NCBI GenBank assembly: GCA_963763775.1
Contig: CAVXPZ010000001.1
Coordinates: 256,001-320,000 of the forward strand
DNA length: 64,000 nt
Reading direction: 5' to 3'
DNA from: an uncultured Chloroflexia bacterium
GTDB taxonomy: Bacteria > Chloroflexota > Limnocylindria > Limnocylindrales > CSP1-4
Positions 33,026 to 45,381 of this stretch are shown here, one piece after another (position 1 is the first letter of the stretch; every line of letters starts with the position of its first letter). Made by a program: the position numbers and the translations under genes. Under the pieces are notes generated by a model. It did not search any database and was not told the DNA's origin. It worked only from the letters and a program-made list of their open reading frames with translations.

Positions 33026-33814
33026 ATGACCCGCCATCACGCCCCGTTCACCGCCGTCGCGGCGATCGTCGTCCTCCTGGTCGCCGCCTGCGGTGCGGCC
33101 GGCCCGACCCCGACCCCGGACCTGACCGACCCGACGGCCATCGTGACCGCGGCCCTCAAGGCGACCGAGGCCGCCAAGAGCGTCCATATCGATGCGGCCA
33201 TCGACGGTGCCGCGCCCATCTCGATCCCCGGACTGCCCAGCACCGGCGCCCCGATCGACCTGACCGGCACCACCGCCGCGGCTGACGTCGACATCGCGAA
33301 CACCGCCGCGCACGCGACGTTCAACGTCCCCGCGCTGTTCAACCTCTCGGGCGACCTCATCGCGGTCGACGGCAAGGGCTATCTCAAGACCACGATCGGC
33401 GGCGCCCAGTACCAGTCGATCGACCTCGCGACCCTCCCGGTCGATGTCACGAACGTCAAGGGCATGACCGATCAGCTCGGCGACTTCCTCCTGAGCGGCA
33501 AGGTCACCCTCGCCAAGGGCGCCGACGTGGCGTGCGGGTCGGCCCAGTGCTACACGGTCACCGCGAACCTGACCGCCGACGAGCTCGCGGCGCTGCTCGG
33601 CGACGCGGCGGGCGGCCTGCCCATCGACCTCGCCGGGTCGACGCTCGACGTCACCGTGAAGGTCGACAAGGCTGCCCCGAACCACCTGGCCGGCCTCAAG
33701 GTCACGAGCACGTCCTCGGCCGGCGTGCCGCTGACGGCGGACCTGACATTCTCGAAGTGGGACGAGCCGGTCACGGTGACGGCGCCGCCCGCCGACCAGG
33801 TCAAGGCCGGGTAA
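33026..33814 (+). CDS. LppX/LprAFG (LolA-fold)-like lipoprotein
   Basis: AAGGAG SD, LVAAC lipobox, KSVH, VDGKGYLK, FSKWDEPVTVTAPP. Confidence 0.7.
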   Translation: MTRHHAPFTAVAAIVVLLVAACGAAGPTPTPDLTDPTAIVTAALKATEAAKSVHIDAAIDGAAPISIPGLPSTGAPIDLTGTTAAADVDIANTAAHATFNVPALFNLSGDLIAVDGKGYLKTTIGGAQYQSIDLATLPVDVTNVKGMTDQLGDFLLSGKVTLAKGADVACGSAQCYTVTANLTADELAALLGDAAGGLPIDLAGSTLDVTVKVDKAAPNHLAGLKVTSTSSAGVPLTADLTFSKWDEPVTVTAPPADQVKAG

Positions 33815-33972
33815 GGCCGCCACTCGAGCGCCGCCTCGATCCTCACGGCGCAAGCCCGGTCCGGCCGAACGTGGGACCATCAGCCCGTTGACGCGTCGTG
33901 CGCCCGGACGCCAACCTGTCGCGGTCATCGAGCTCAGCCGATGGCCCAGCGAAGATCGACCAGAGGAACCCC

Positions 33973-34839
33973 ATGACCCGTCGAACCCTGTTCCCGTCGC
34001 TCGTGCTCGCCGTCGTCGCCATCGTCGCGGCGGCTTGTTCTGCGACCCCTGCCGCGTCGCCGGTGAGCGACCCGGCCGAGATCCTGACCCAGTCGATCGC
34101 GTCGCTCAAGGACGTCAAGACGCTCCAGGTCCACGGCGACATCGCCGGCAAGCTGTCCCTCGCGCAGATGGGCGGCGCCATCGATCTGGCTGGGACCACC
34201 GTCGACGTCGCGGTCGACATCCCGAACAAGGCGGTCCACCTGAACCTCGCGGCGCCATCGTTCATGGGCACGGCCATCGAAGCCATCGTCGTGGACTCGA
34301 AGGCGTACCTCAAGCTGGCCGGGCCGCTCGCCGGTCTCCTTGGGACCGGCGCCGGCGACAAGTACCTCGTCACCGACGTCACGCCCACCGCCGACGGCGC
34401 CAGCCCGGCGCCGTCGATGGACCCGGCTGCCGCCATCGACCAGCTGCGCGACCAGATCGCCAAGCTCCCGGTGGCCCCCACCAAGCTCCCCGACGAGAAG
34501 TGCGGCGATGTGGACTGCTACCACGTCCAGATCCACGCGGACAGCTCGGCGCTCTCCGGTCTCGGCAGCTCGATCCTGCCGGGGGCCGGGTCATCGGGCG
34601 CGCCGTCGGCGGCGCCTGATGCGAGCTCCGGCTCCGGCGACGTCACCGTCGATATCTGGTCGCGCAAGACCGACATGCGCCCGGCCAAGGTCACCTTGAC
34701 GGCGGCCACGCCCGATTCCGGGAACCTGACGGCGACGTTCACGTTCACGTACGACCAGGGCGCGAGCATCACCGCCCCTCCGGCGGACCAGACGGCTCCG
34801 ATGCCCTCGTTCGATCTGCCGGCGATGCCGGCGTCCTAG
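33973..34839 (+). CDS. LppX/LprAFG-like lipoprotein, tandem paralog of previous gene
   Basis: AAAC lipobox, DP..IL, VDSKAYLK, CG..CY, ITAPPADQ shared with 33026 gene. Confidence 0.7.
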   Translation: MTRRTLFPSLVLAVVAIVAAACSATPAASPVSDPAEILTQSIASLKDVKTLQVHGDIAGKLSLAQMGGAIDLAGTTVDVAVDIPNKAVHLNLAAPSFMGTAIEAIVVDSKAYLKLAGPLAGLLGTGAGDKYLVTDVTPTADGASPAPSMDPAAAIDQLRDQIAKLPVAPTKLPDEKCGDVDCYHVQIHADSSALSGLGSSILPGAGSSGAPSAAPDASSGSGDVTVDIWSRKTDMRPAKVTLTAATPDSGNLTATFTFTYDQGASITAPPADQTAPMPSFDLPAMPAS

Positions 34840-34866
34840 GACCAAGCCACCGTACCGAGCGCCAGG

Positions 34867-34897
34867 CAGGGCGGGCATCCAGGGGGTGCCCGCCCTG
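34867..34897 (+). terminator. 14-bp stem-loop after lipoprotein pair
   Basis: CAGGGCGGGCATCC-AGG-GGGTGCCCGCCCTG. Confidence 0.6.
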
Positions 34898-34942
34898 TGC
34901 GTGATGGCGGGCCGGGTAAGGCCGCCGACCTACAATGGCGGG

Positions 34943-37618
34943 GTGAGCCCCACCCGTCGTCGCCGGCCCGGCGATCCCACGCTCGACGATGCCGCCGCGG
35001 CCGCGGCGGAGACGGTCGGCACGGCGTTCGCGGACGTCGACGAGGCCGCGCCGCCCCCGGAGGAACCGGCGTGGATGGTCGAGGCCCCGGTCGGCCGGGA
35101 TGACCCGACGGCACCGGCGCCAGCGGCCGATCCGGCCGCGGTCGAGGCACGACGCCGGGAGCGCGCGGAGGAGATCGTCCGCGCCCTCAACCCCGAGCAG
35201 GCCCGGGCCGTCACGACGACGGAGGGTCCGCTCCTGATCCTGGCCGGGGCCGGCTCAGGGAAGACGCGCGTGCTCGCGCACCGGATCGCCTACCTCGTCG
35301 GGGTCAAGGGCGTCGCCCCGTGGCGCATCCTCGCGGTGACCTTCACGAACCGGGCGGCGGCCGAACTCCGCGAGCGGATCATCAGCCTGGTCGGCGAGGG
35401 CGGTCGGGACGTCCAGGCGGGCACGTTCCACGCGCTGTGCGCGCGGGTCCTGCGCGCCGACGGGGAGGCGATCGGGGTCGGGCGGCGGTTCGTGATCTAC
35501 GACACCGACGACCAGCAGTCGCTGATGAAGCAGATCCTCCGCGAGGAGGACATGCCGCTGACCGGCGAGTTCCGCCCGAGCGCGGTGCTCGGGGCGATCA
35601 GCCGGTCCAAGAACGAGATGCTCGACCCGGGGTTCCTGACCGAGAACGCGTCCAACCACCGCGAGCGGACGATCGCGCGCCTGGCGGGCCGCTACCAGGA
35701 GCGCCTCCGCAAGTCGGGCGCCCTCGACTTCGACGACCTGCTGCTGGAGGCGGTCCGGCTGTTCCAGGAGGCGCCCGAGGTCCTCGCGAAGTACCAGGAG
35801 AAGTGGCGCTACCTCCACGTCGACGAGTACCAGGACACGAACCGGGCGCAATACCTGTGGGTCCGGGCGCTCGCCGAGAAGTACGGCAACCTCGCGGTCG
35901 TCGGCGACGACGACCAGTCGATCTACAGCTGGCGCGGGGCGGACCTGCGCAACATCCTCGACTTCGAGCGGGACTGGCCGACGGCCACGGTCGTCAAGCT
36001 CGAGCAGAACTACCGCTCGACGCAGCTGATCCTCGACGCGGCCCACGCGGTGGTGTCGCGGAACAGCGCGCGCAAGGACAAGAAGCTCTGGACCGAGAAC
36101 GCGGGCGGCGTGAAGATCCAGCGCTTCGAGGCCTACAACGAGGAGGAGGAAGCCGAGTGGATCGCCCGCCAGGTCGAGAGCCTGACCGGCGGACGCGGCA
36201 GCGCCCTGACGCGACGCGCGGACGACGACGACCTCGCCACGCGGGTCCGGGCTCGGGACGTCGCGGTCATGTACCGGATGAACGCCCAGTCCAGGGCGAT
36301 CGAGGAATCGTTCCTGCGGTATGGGATCCGCTACCAGCTCGTCGGCGGCACCCGGTTCTACGCGCGGCGCGAGGTCAAGGACGCGCTCGCGTACCTGCGG
36401 GTCCTCCGATCGGACACCGACAGCGTCAGCTTCGAGCGGATCATCAACGTGCCGGCGCGGGCGATCGGGGAGAAGACCATCGAGGCCCTCCGGGTCGCGG
36501 CCGCCCGTGAGGGCGGCTCGACATGGGGCGCCATCGAAGCGGCCGCGCGCGGTGAGCTCCCGGCGCTGGCGCCCCGCGCGAGGACGGCGCTCGCGGACTT
36601 CGCGGGGCTCGTCCGGCGTCTGCGGGCCCGCGTCGGCGTCCTCGCCCTGCCGGAACTGCTCGACGAGGCCCTCGAGGCGTCCGGCTACCGCGCGATGCTC
36701 GCGGACGGCTCCGAGGACGGCGAGGAGCGCTGGGCGAACCTGCTCGAGCTGCGCGCGGTCACGACACGCTACGACGACCTCACGCCCGACGACGCGCTCG
36801 ACCGGCTCCTCGAGGAGACGGCGCTCGTCGCCGACCAGGACTCGTACGAGGGCGACGCCGACGCCGTGACGCTCATCACCCTGCACGCGGCCAAGGGCCT
36901 CGAGTTCCCGGTCGTCTTCATCGCCGGACTCGAGGAGGGCCTGTTCCCGCACAGTCGCGCGCTCGACGACGAGCGCGAGCTCGAGGAGGAGCGCCGGCTC
37001 GCCTATGTCGGCATCACGCGGGCGAAGCGACGGCTGTATCTGTCGCACGCGTGGCGACGCGCGACGTGGGGCATGGGCCAGGCCGCGGTCCCGTCGCGGT
37101 TCCTGCTGGAGATCCCGGCCGAGCTGATGGTCGGGCCGCAGCTCGGGGCAGGGACCGACGATCGCGACCTCGACCTCGACCTCGTCTTCGGTGCGCGGCG
37201 GACGTCCCGATTCGGCACGCCGACGCGAGGGTCCGGCCCGGCCTACCGGCAGGGGAGTGGCCGCCCCGGTGCGCCCGCGGACGGCGAGACGTTCCGCCCG
37301 TCGCGGGACCTCGCCGCCAAGCGAGACGCGTACGGGGAGGGGGCGAGATCAGGCTCGTTGGCCCGGCCGATCCGGGCGTGGGATGACGCCCTCGACGCCC
37401 CGCCGGCGCCGCCACGACCGGCTGGCCGGCCCGTCATCCCCGGCGAGCGGCAGTTCCGCGACGGCGACCGCGTGCGCCACGGCCGGTGGGGCGACGGCAT
37501 CGTGGTCACCTCCAAGCTGACCCGGAGCGACGAGGAGGTCACGGTCGCGTTCAAGGATCCCGCTGTGGGGCGCAAGCAGATGCTCGCGAGCCTCGCCAAC
37601 CTCGAGATCGTGGGTTGA
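34943..37618 (+). CDS. pcrA: ATP-dependent DNA helicase PcrA/UvrD
   Basis: AGAGSGKT, TFTNRAA, VDEYQDTN, VGDDDQSIYSWRGA, LEQNYRS, HAAKGLEF, EERRLAYVGITRA; C-terminal GDRVRH..WG.G domain. Confidence 0.95.
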   Translation: MSPTRRRRPGDPTLDDAAAAAAETVGTAFADVDEAAPPPEEPAWMVEAPVGRDDPTAPAPAADPAAVEARRRERAEEIVRALNPEQARAVTTTEGPLLILAGAGSGKTRVLAHRIAYLVGVKGVAPWRILAVTFTNRAAAELRERIISLVGEGGRDVQAGTFHALCARVLRADGEAIGVGRRFVIYDTDDQQSLMKQILREEDMPLTGEFRPSAVLGAISRSKNEMLDPGFLTENASNHRERTIARLAGRYQERLRKSGALDFDDLLLEAVRLFQEAPEVLAKYQEKWRYLHVDEYQDTNRAQYLWVRALAEKYGNLAVVGDDDQSIYSWRGADLRNILDFERDWPTATVVKLEQNYRSTQLILDAAHAVVSRNSARKDKKLWTENAGGVKIQRFEAYNEEEEAEWIARQVESLTGGRGSALTRRADDDDLATRVRARDVAVMYRMNAQSRAIEESFLRYGIRYQLVGGTRFYARREVKDALAYLRVLRSDTDSVSFERIINVPARAIGEKTIEALRVAAAREGGSTWGAIEAAARGELPALAPRARTALADFAGLVRRLRARVGVLALPELLDEALEASGYRAMLADGSEDGEERWANLLELRAVTTRYDDLTPDDALDRLLEETALVADQDSYEGDADAVTLITLHAAKGLEFPVVFIAGLEEGLFPHSRALDDERELEEERRLAYVGITRAKRRLYLSHAWRRATWGMGQAAVPSRFLLEIPAELMVGPQLGAGTDDRDLDLDLVFGARRTSRFGTPTRGSGPAYRQGSGRPGAPADGETFRPSRDLAAKRDAYGEGARSGSLARPIRAWDDALDAPPAPPRPAGRPVIPGERQFRDGDRVRHGRWGDGIVVTSKLTRSDEEVTVAFKDPAVGRKQMLASLANLEIVG

Positions 37619-38727
37619 CGCTCGACACGGCCGCCCTGCAGGGCATCGTCTCGCTCGCCGACTTCGAGGCCCCGGCCCGCGCCGCCATGGACCCCATGGC
37701 GCACGAGTACGTGGCCGGCGGCGCATGGGAGGAGATCACCCTGGCCGAGAACGAGGCGTCGTGGCGCCGGCGGCGACTCAGGCCGCGCGTCCTCGTCGAT
37801 GTCTCGGCCGTCCGCACGGACACGACCCTGCTTGGGACGCCCGTCTCGATGCCGGTCGCGATCGCGCCGATGGCGACGCAGGCGTTGGCCCATCCCGAGG
37901 CCGAGTCGGCGATGGCTCGGGCCGCCGGGGCGGCCGGCATCCCGATGATCCTCTCGACCACCTCGTCGCAGTCGATCGAGACGGTGGCCGCCGCGGCTCC
38001 GGACGCCACCCGCTGGTTCCAGCTCTATGTGCAGGCCGACATGGGCATCACCCGCTCGCTCGTCGAGCGCGCGGCGGCCGCCGGCTATCGCGCGGTCGTC
38101 GTCACCGTCGATCTGCCGGTGCTCGGGTACCGCGAACGCGATCGGCGGTCCGGGTTCGAACTGCCGGCGCTCGGCAACTTCGTCGAGACCGCCGCGACCC
38201 ACGGCAACCACGCGGCCGACGGGCTCGCGCCGGGCTTCGAGCAGCTGACGGACACCCTGTCCACGAGCCTGACGTGGGCGGACCTCGCGACGATCCGCTC
38301 GTGGTCGCCGCTGCCGATGGTCCTCAAGGGCGTCCTGGCGGCCGAGGACGCCCGACTCGCCGTCGAGCACGGCGTCGACGGCATCGTGGTGAGCAACCAC
38401 GGGGCTCGGCAACTGGACCGCGTCCAGGCCAGCGCGGACGCGCTCGCACCGGTCGTGTCCGCGGCCGACGGTCGGCTCGAGGTCTGGGTGGACGGCGGCG
38501 TCCGCCGCGGCCTCGATATCGTCATCGCGCTCGCCCTCGGGGCCAAGGGGGTCCTGCTCGGCCGGCCGGCGTACTGGGCGCTGGCCGCCGCGGGCCAGGC
38601 CGGTGTCGAGCGCGCGCTGGCCGTCCTCCGCGAGGAGATGGAGGTGGCACTGGCGCTCCTCGGGGCTCCGACACCCGCCGACGTGCATGCCGAGCACCTC
38701 GTCGAGACCGGTCCCGAGCCTCGCTGA
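37615..38727 (+). CDS. FMN-dependent alpha-hydroxy-acid oxidase
   Basis: LRPRVL, WFQLY, TVD, LKG, SNHGARQLD, DGGVRRG; TTG start in TTGA overlap. Confidence 0.92.
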   Translation: MTLDTAALQGIVSLADFEAPARAAMDPMAHEYVAGGAWEEITLAENEASWRRRRLRPRVLVDVSAVRTDTTLLGTPVSMPVAIAPMATQALAHPEAESAMARAAGAAGIPMILSTTSSQSIETVAAAAPDATRWFQLYVQADMGITRSLVERAAAAGYRAVVVTVDLPVLGYRERDRRSGFELPALGNFVETAATHGNHAADGLAPGFEQLTDTLSTSLTWADLATIRSWSPLPMVLKGVLAAEDARLAVEHGVDGIVVSNHGARQLDRVQASADALAPVVSAADGRLEVWVDGGVRRGLDIVIALALGAKGVLLGRPAYWALAAAGQAGVERALAVLREEMEVALALLGAPTPADVHAEHLVETGPEPR

Positions 38728-38872
38728 ACGACCCCGGAACGCGACCGGGGCGCTACCCGGCCGCTGTCGACCGCATCGCGCGTCCTGGGGCAGGGTGAAG
38801 GCCGAGCGATCCGATCCACGGGGCCTGACGACCGCTCGCTTCCCCTTCTGACCGACCCCTTGAGGTACCACC

Positions 38873-39100
38873 ATGTTCGAACGCGCCAAGGCGCTGGACG
38901 TGATCGAGAACGCCCTCGACACGGATCCCTACTGTCACGTGTGCGGTTCGCCGACCACCATCACCGACCACGACGGACACCTCGTCCTCGAGTGCGCCGC
39001 CGCGGAGTCGCCCGAGGGGCTGATGGCCCGCATCGCGGCGTTCGTCCTGCCGCACACGCGCCACGAGATCATCGACCTGTCCGAGGGGATCGCCGCCTGA
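38873..39100 (+). CDS. Small hypothetical protein with CxxC (possible Zn-binding)
   Basis: GAGG SD, typical codon usage, CHVC...C...HxxH. Confidence 0.7.
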   Translation: MFERAKALDVIENALDTDPYCHVCGSPTTITDHDGHLVLECAAAESPEGLMARIAAFVLPHTRHEIIDLSEGIAA

Positions 39101-41316
<2,216 letters not shown>

Positions 41317-41317
<1 letters not shown>

Positions 41318-41853
41318 TGTCGAGTCCGGATCCGGTCCGCGAGGCCGCGGCCTATCAGGCGTCGTTACTGGCGGCGCTCGGCGACGACGATCCGGCGGTC
41401 GCCCAGGCCTCGACCGCGGCGGTCGTGCGGGCGCTGGTCGACGACGCGGGCGCGGACCTGTGGACCCGGCCGGAGCCGGGCGAGTGGTCCGTCCTCGGCT
41501 GCATCGACCACATCGTGGACGCCGAGCTCGTCATGGCGGGCCGCTATCGCTGGACCATCGCGCACGACGAGCCCGAGATCATCGGCTACGACCAGGACCT
41601 CTGGGTCGACCGGCTCCACCGACCTGACGAGGACCCGGCGTCGCTGTTGGCGCTCTTCGGGGCGTTGCGGACCGCGAACCTCGCCCTTTGGGGACAGACG
41701 ACGCCGGTCGAACGGGCCAGGATCGCCGTGCATCGGGAACGCGGGCCGGAGAGCGTCGACCTGATGTTCCGGATGATCGGCGGCCACGACCGGGTCCACC
41801 TGGCCCAGGCGCGCCGAGCCCTGGCCGCCGTCCGGGCTGGCGATCCGAGCTAG
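41317..41853 (+). CDS. DinB family protein
   Basis: PEPGEWS...HIVDAE, YDQD, GHDRVH; TGATG overlap with ligA. Confidence 0.85.
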
Positions 41854-42377
41854 GCGCTACGCCTCGCGTAGCGCTCCATCAGCTCGCTGACCGCCGTGCG
41901 CGCGGCGGCCCACTCGGGCTGGTCGCCGAAGATGTCGGCACCCGCGCCCCAGCGGCGCAGCTGGGTCATCGCCGTGACGATCGCGTCATGCGCGAGCTGC
42001 CGCTGGCGTCCCGCCTCGACCTGGCCCGTGACGAGGTACCGGCGGACGACGTCGAACGGCGCGGTCCATCGGCCGACGCGCAGCCGGTCACCCTCGCGGA
42101 GCGTCTCCAGCCAGTCGTCGTCGCCGACGGGATGGCGCTCGTGCTCGGCCTGGTGTCGGACCAGGTCGACGCGGAGGCCGACGTGGTCGAGGCTCGGCAA
42201 GCGACCGTCGTCATCGACGATCACGTAGCAGACGGGGCAGACCGGCAACTCGACGTCGCCGGGCGGGGGAGCGCCGTACGGCAGGCCGCATCGACGGCAG
42301 AAGGTCGCGTCGGCGCGAGCCGACGGGGTGCCGCAGCGGAGGCAGGCCAGGACGAGCGTCTCGGGAGGTCGAGCCAC
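41850..42377 (-). CDS. Hypothetical zinc-ribbon protein
   Basis: CLRC..FCRRCG, CPVC...HQAEH; fills the gap between convergent genes. Confidence 0.7.
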   Translation of the reverse strand: MARPPETLVLACLRCGTPSARADATFCRRCGLPYGAPPPGDVELPVCPVCYVIVDDDGRLPSLDHVGLRVDLVRHQAEHERHPVGDDDWLETLREGDRLRVGRWTAPFDVVRRYLVTGQVEAGRQRQLAHDAIVTAMTQLRRWGAGADIFGDQPEWAAARTAVSELMERYARRSA

Positions 42378-42466
42378 GATGCCAAGGGTGCGACCGCGGA
42401 CCGCGTCGCCACCATCACCCCATCGGGTCGCCGCGGCCGCCAGGAGTCATGGATCGGTGCGTCAGG

Positions 42467-43308
42467 TCAACCGAGCGCGTGGTTGAACTGCCCCCAGACG
42501 GCGGTCGGCTCCCAGTGGAGCGGGTCGCCCCGGATCAGCCGCGGCGCGCGCCACGCCTCGGTCCAGCCAGCCGCCGCCAGTCGCGCGGCCCCGACGGCGT
42601 TCTCGCGGAGGATGCCCGCTCGAACCCGGCGCTCGGGCCCCGCGGCACGCCGCCGGGCCTCGAGGATGGCCATCGCGACATCCGCGTCCGGGGCGATCGT
42701 CGCGCCACCGCCCCATGGCGCCCGGACCACGAACCCGGCCGAGGTGGCCGGGCGTCGTCGTCGAGCAGCCGCGTCGAGTCGGGCGTCGCGAACGCCTCGA
42801 GCAGGTGGCGTCGGTCCTCGCCGGTCGCCGCAGCGTCGAGGGCCGCCATCGCGGCGAGGTCGTCGGCCCGGAACGGGCGGATCCGCGGATCGACGGGACC
42901 GACCGGAAGGCCCGCGGCTTCCATCGTCAGGTACCAGGTGGCGACCTCGAACCCGATGCGCTCGTAGAGCGGCCGGCCGGCATCGGTCGCGACGAGGACG
43001 ATCGTCCGGCAGCCGGCCGACTCGGCCTGCTCGATGACCGTCCGGGTGAGCGCCATCCCGACCCCGTCGCGACGGCGCTCCGGCGCGACCCAGACCGTGC
43101 CGACCCAGCCGACCGACCCGTTGACGGACGCGACGGCCGTCGCGAAGGCTCGGCCGTCCTCGTCGACGGCGACCGCGGCGCGACATGCCGGGTGCGTCGC
43201 CACGAAGCGGAGCCACGTGCGGCGGTCGCCCCAGTCGTCGGCGAGGATCATGGCCGTCAGGCCGTCGATGTCGGGGAGCGCCATCGGACGGATCATGGCG
43301 GTGGCCAT
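42467..43308 (-). CDS. GNAT family acetyltransferase (frameshift ~42750)
   Basis: WVAPERRRDGVG, ATDAGRPLYERIGF, ATGEDR. Confidence 0.85.
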
Positions 43309-43345
43309 GGCCGAGCATCCTACGTCGCCGGCGATGCCGGGTCGT

Positions 43346-43371
43346 CCGGTCCGGACGGTCGTCCGGACCGG
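43346..43371. promoter_or_regulatory. Perfect 12-bp inverted repeat between divergent GNAT and gatC promoters
   Basis: CCGGTCCGGACG-GT-CGTCCGGACCGG. Confidence 0.5.
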
Positions 43372-43392
43372 CTCGTCGGCTATCATCGACCT

Positions 43393-43689
43393 GTGGCCAC
43401 CCTGACCCGCGCCGACGTCGAGCACGTCGCCTACCTCGCCCGCCTCGGCCTGTCGGAGGCCGAACTCGAGCGCCTCGAGGGGCAGCTCAACCACATCCTC
43501 GACCAGTACGCGATCCTCGCGGCGGTGCCGACCGACCACATCGCCCCGACCGCCCAGACGATCGAGCTCGAGAACATCCTGCGTGACGACGTCGTCACGC
43601 CGTCGCTCACGGCCGACGACGTCCGGGCCAACGCGGCCGAGCACGACGGCGACTACATCGTCGTGCCCGCGATCCTGGGCGGCGAGTGA
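43393..43689 (+). CDS. gatC: Asp/Glu-tRNA amidotransferase subunit C
   Basis: LTRADVEHVAYLARL, LRDD, VPAIL; precedes gatA. Confidence 0.93.
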   Translation: MATLTRADVEHVAYLARLGLSEAELERLEGQLNHILDQYAILAAVPTDHIAPTAQTIELENILRDDVVTPSLTADDVRANAAEHDGDYIVVPAILGGE

Positions 43690-43719
43690 CGCCTCGCCCG
43701 GTCTGATCGAGCCCGACCG

Positions 43720-45263
43720 ATGCCCACCGACCTGACTCGCCTCCGCGCACACGAGCTCGCCGCGCTGCTGCGCGGCGGCGAGGTGTCGTCGAGGAGGCGA
43801 CGCGCGCGTCGCTCGACGCCGCCGAACGTGGGAACGGCGCCTTGAATGCCTGGCTCGCGATCGATCGGTCGCGGGCGACCGATGCCGCCGCGATCGCCGA
43901 TGAGCGGCTGGCCAGCGCCCGCGCCGAGGGCCCGGCCGCCGTCGCCGCCCTCCACCCGTTGCTGGGGGTCCCGATCGGCCTCAAGGACCTCGTCTCGGTC
44001 CGCGGCTGGCAGTGCACGGCCGGGTCGAAGATCCTCGACGGCTACATCGCGCCGTACGACGCCCACATCACCGAGCGGCTGCACGCCGCCGGCGCCGTCA
44101 TCGTCGGCAAGACGAACATGGACGAGTTCGCGATGGGCTCGTCGACCGAGCACTCGGCCTACGGCCCGGTCCGCAACCCGTGGGCGCTCGACCGCGTCCC
44201 CGGCGGCAGCAGCGGTGGGTCCGCGGCCGCCGTCGCCGCCTACCACGTCCCGCTCGCGATCGGCACGGACACGGGCGGGTCGATCCGCCAGCCGGCCGCC
44301 TTGACCGGGATCGTCGGCATGAAGCCGACGTATGGCCGCGTCAGCCGGTACGGCATCGTCGCCTTCGCGTCGTCGCTCGACCAGATCGGCCCGTTCGCCC
44401 GGGACGTCCGTGATGCCGCCGCCCTGCTCCACGCGGTCGCGGGCCGGGACCCTCGCGATTCGACGTCGTCGCCGGAGCCCGTGCCCGACGCGCTGCTCGG
44501 CCTCGCCTCGAGTGACGACGAGGCGGCATCCGCGCTGCGCGGCAAGCGGATCGGGCTCCCGAAGGAGTACTTCGTGGCCGGGATGGAGCCCGGGGTGGAG
44601 GCCACCGTGCGGGCGGCCGTGGCGGCGCTCCAGTCGGCTGGCGCGCTCGTCGAGGAGGTCAGCCTCCCGCACACCGATTACGGGCTCGCGACCTACTACA
44701 TCGTGGCGCCGGCGGAGGCGTCGGCGAACCTCGCCCGCTACGACGGCATCCGCTACGGACCGCGCCTCGGCGACGGCAGCGACGTCCTCGCCGGCTACCT
44801 CGCTACGCGGGGACAGGGGTTCGGGCCGGAGGTCAAGCGCCGCATCATGCTCGGCACGTACGCCCTGTCGGCCGGCTACTACGACGCCTACTACCTCAAG
44901 GCGCAGAAGGTCCGGACCCTCATCAAGGGCGACTTCGATGCCCTGTGGGCGCAGGGTTTCGACGCCCTGGTGGCCCCGACGAGCCCGACGGTCGCCTTCC
45001 CGCTCGGCGCCCGACTGGAGGACCCGGTGAGCATGTACCTCTCGGACGCGTGCACGTTGCCGGTGAACATGGCGGGCCTGCCCGGGGTGAGCATCCCGTG
45101 CGGCCTCTCCGACGGCCTCCCGGTCGGCCTCCAGCTCATCGGCGCCCCGTGGTCGGAGCCGAGCTTGTTCGAGCTCGCCCGGGGCTATGAGGGGATCACC
45201 GCCGACGCCGGCTGGCGGGCGCTCGAGCCGGCCGATCTCGCCGCCTCTAACGCCGGAGCGTGA
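43720..45263 (+). CDS. gatA: Asp/Glu-tRNA amidotransferase subunit A (frameshift ~43797)
   Basis: KD, GKTNMDEFAMGSSTE, PGGSSGGS, GTDTGGSIRQP, EVKRRIMLGT. Confidence 0.95.
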
Positions 45264-45381
45264 CGGCCTTCGAGCCCGAAGCCTGGGGCGACGCCTGACG
45301 GTCGGAAGCGCCCGGCGAGAGGGGCCGGGCGGCCCTGTGCGCGGGAACGCCGGGCGAGCAGCATCGTGGCGGAGGTGACGC

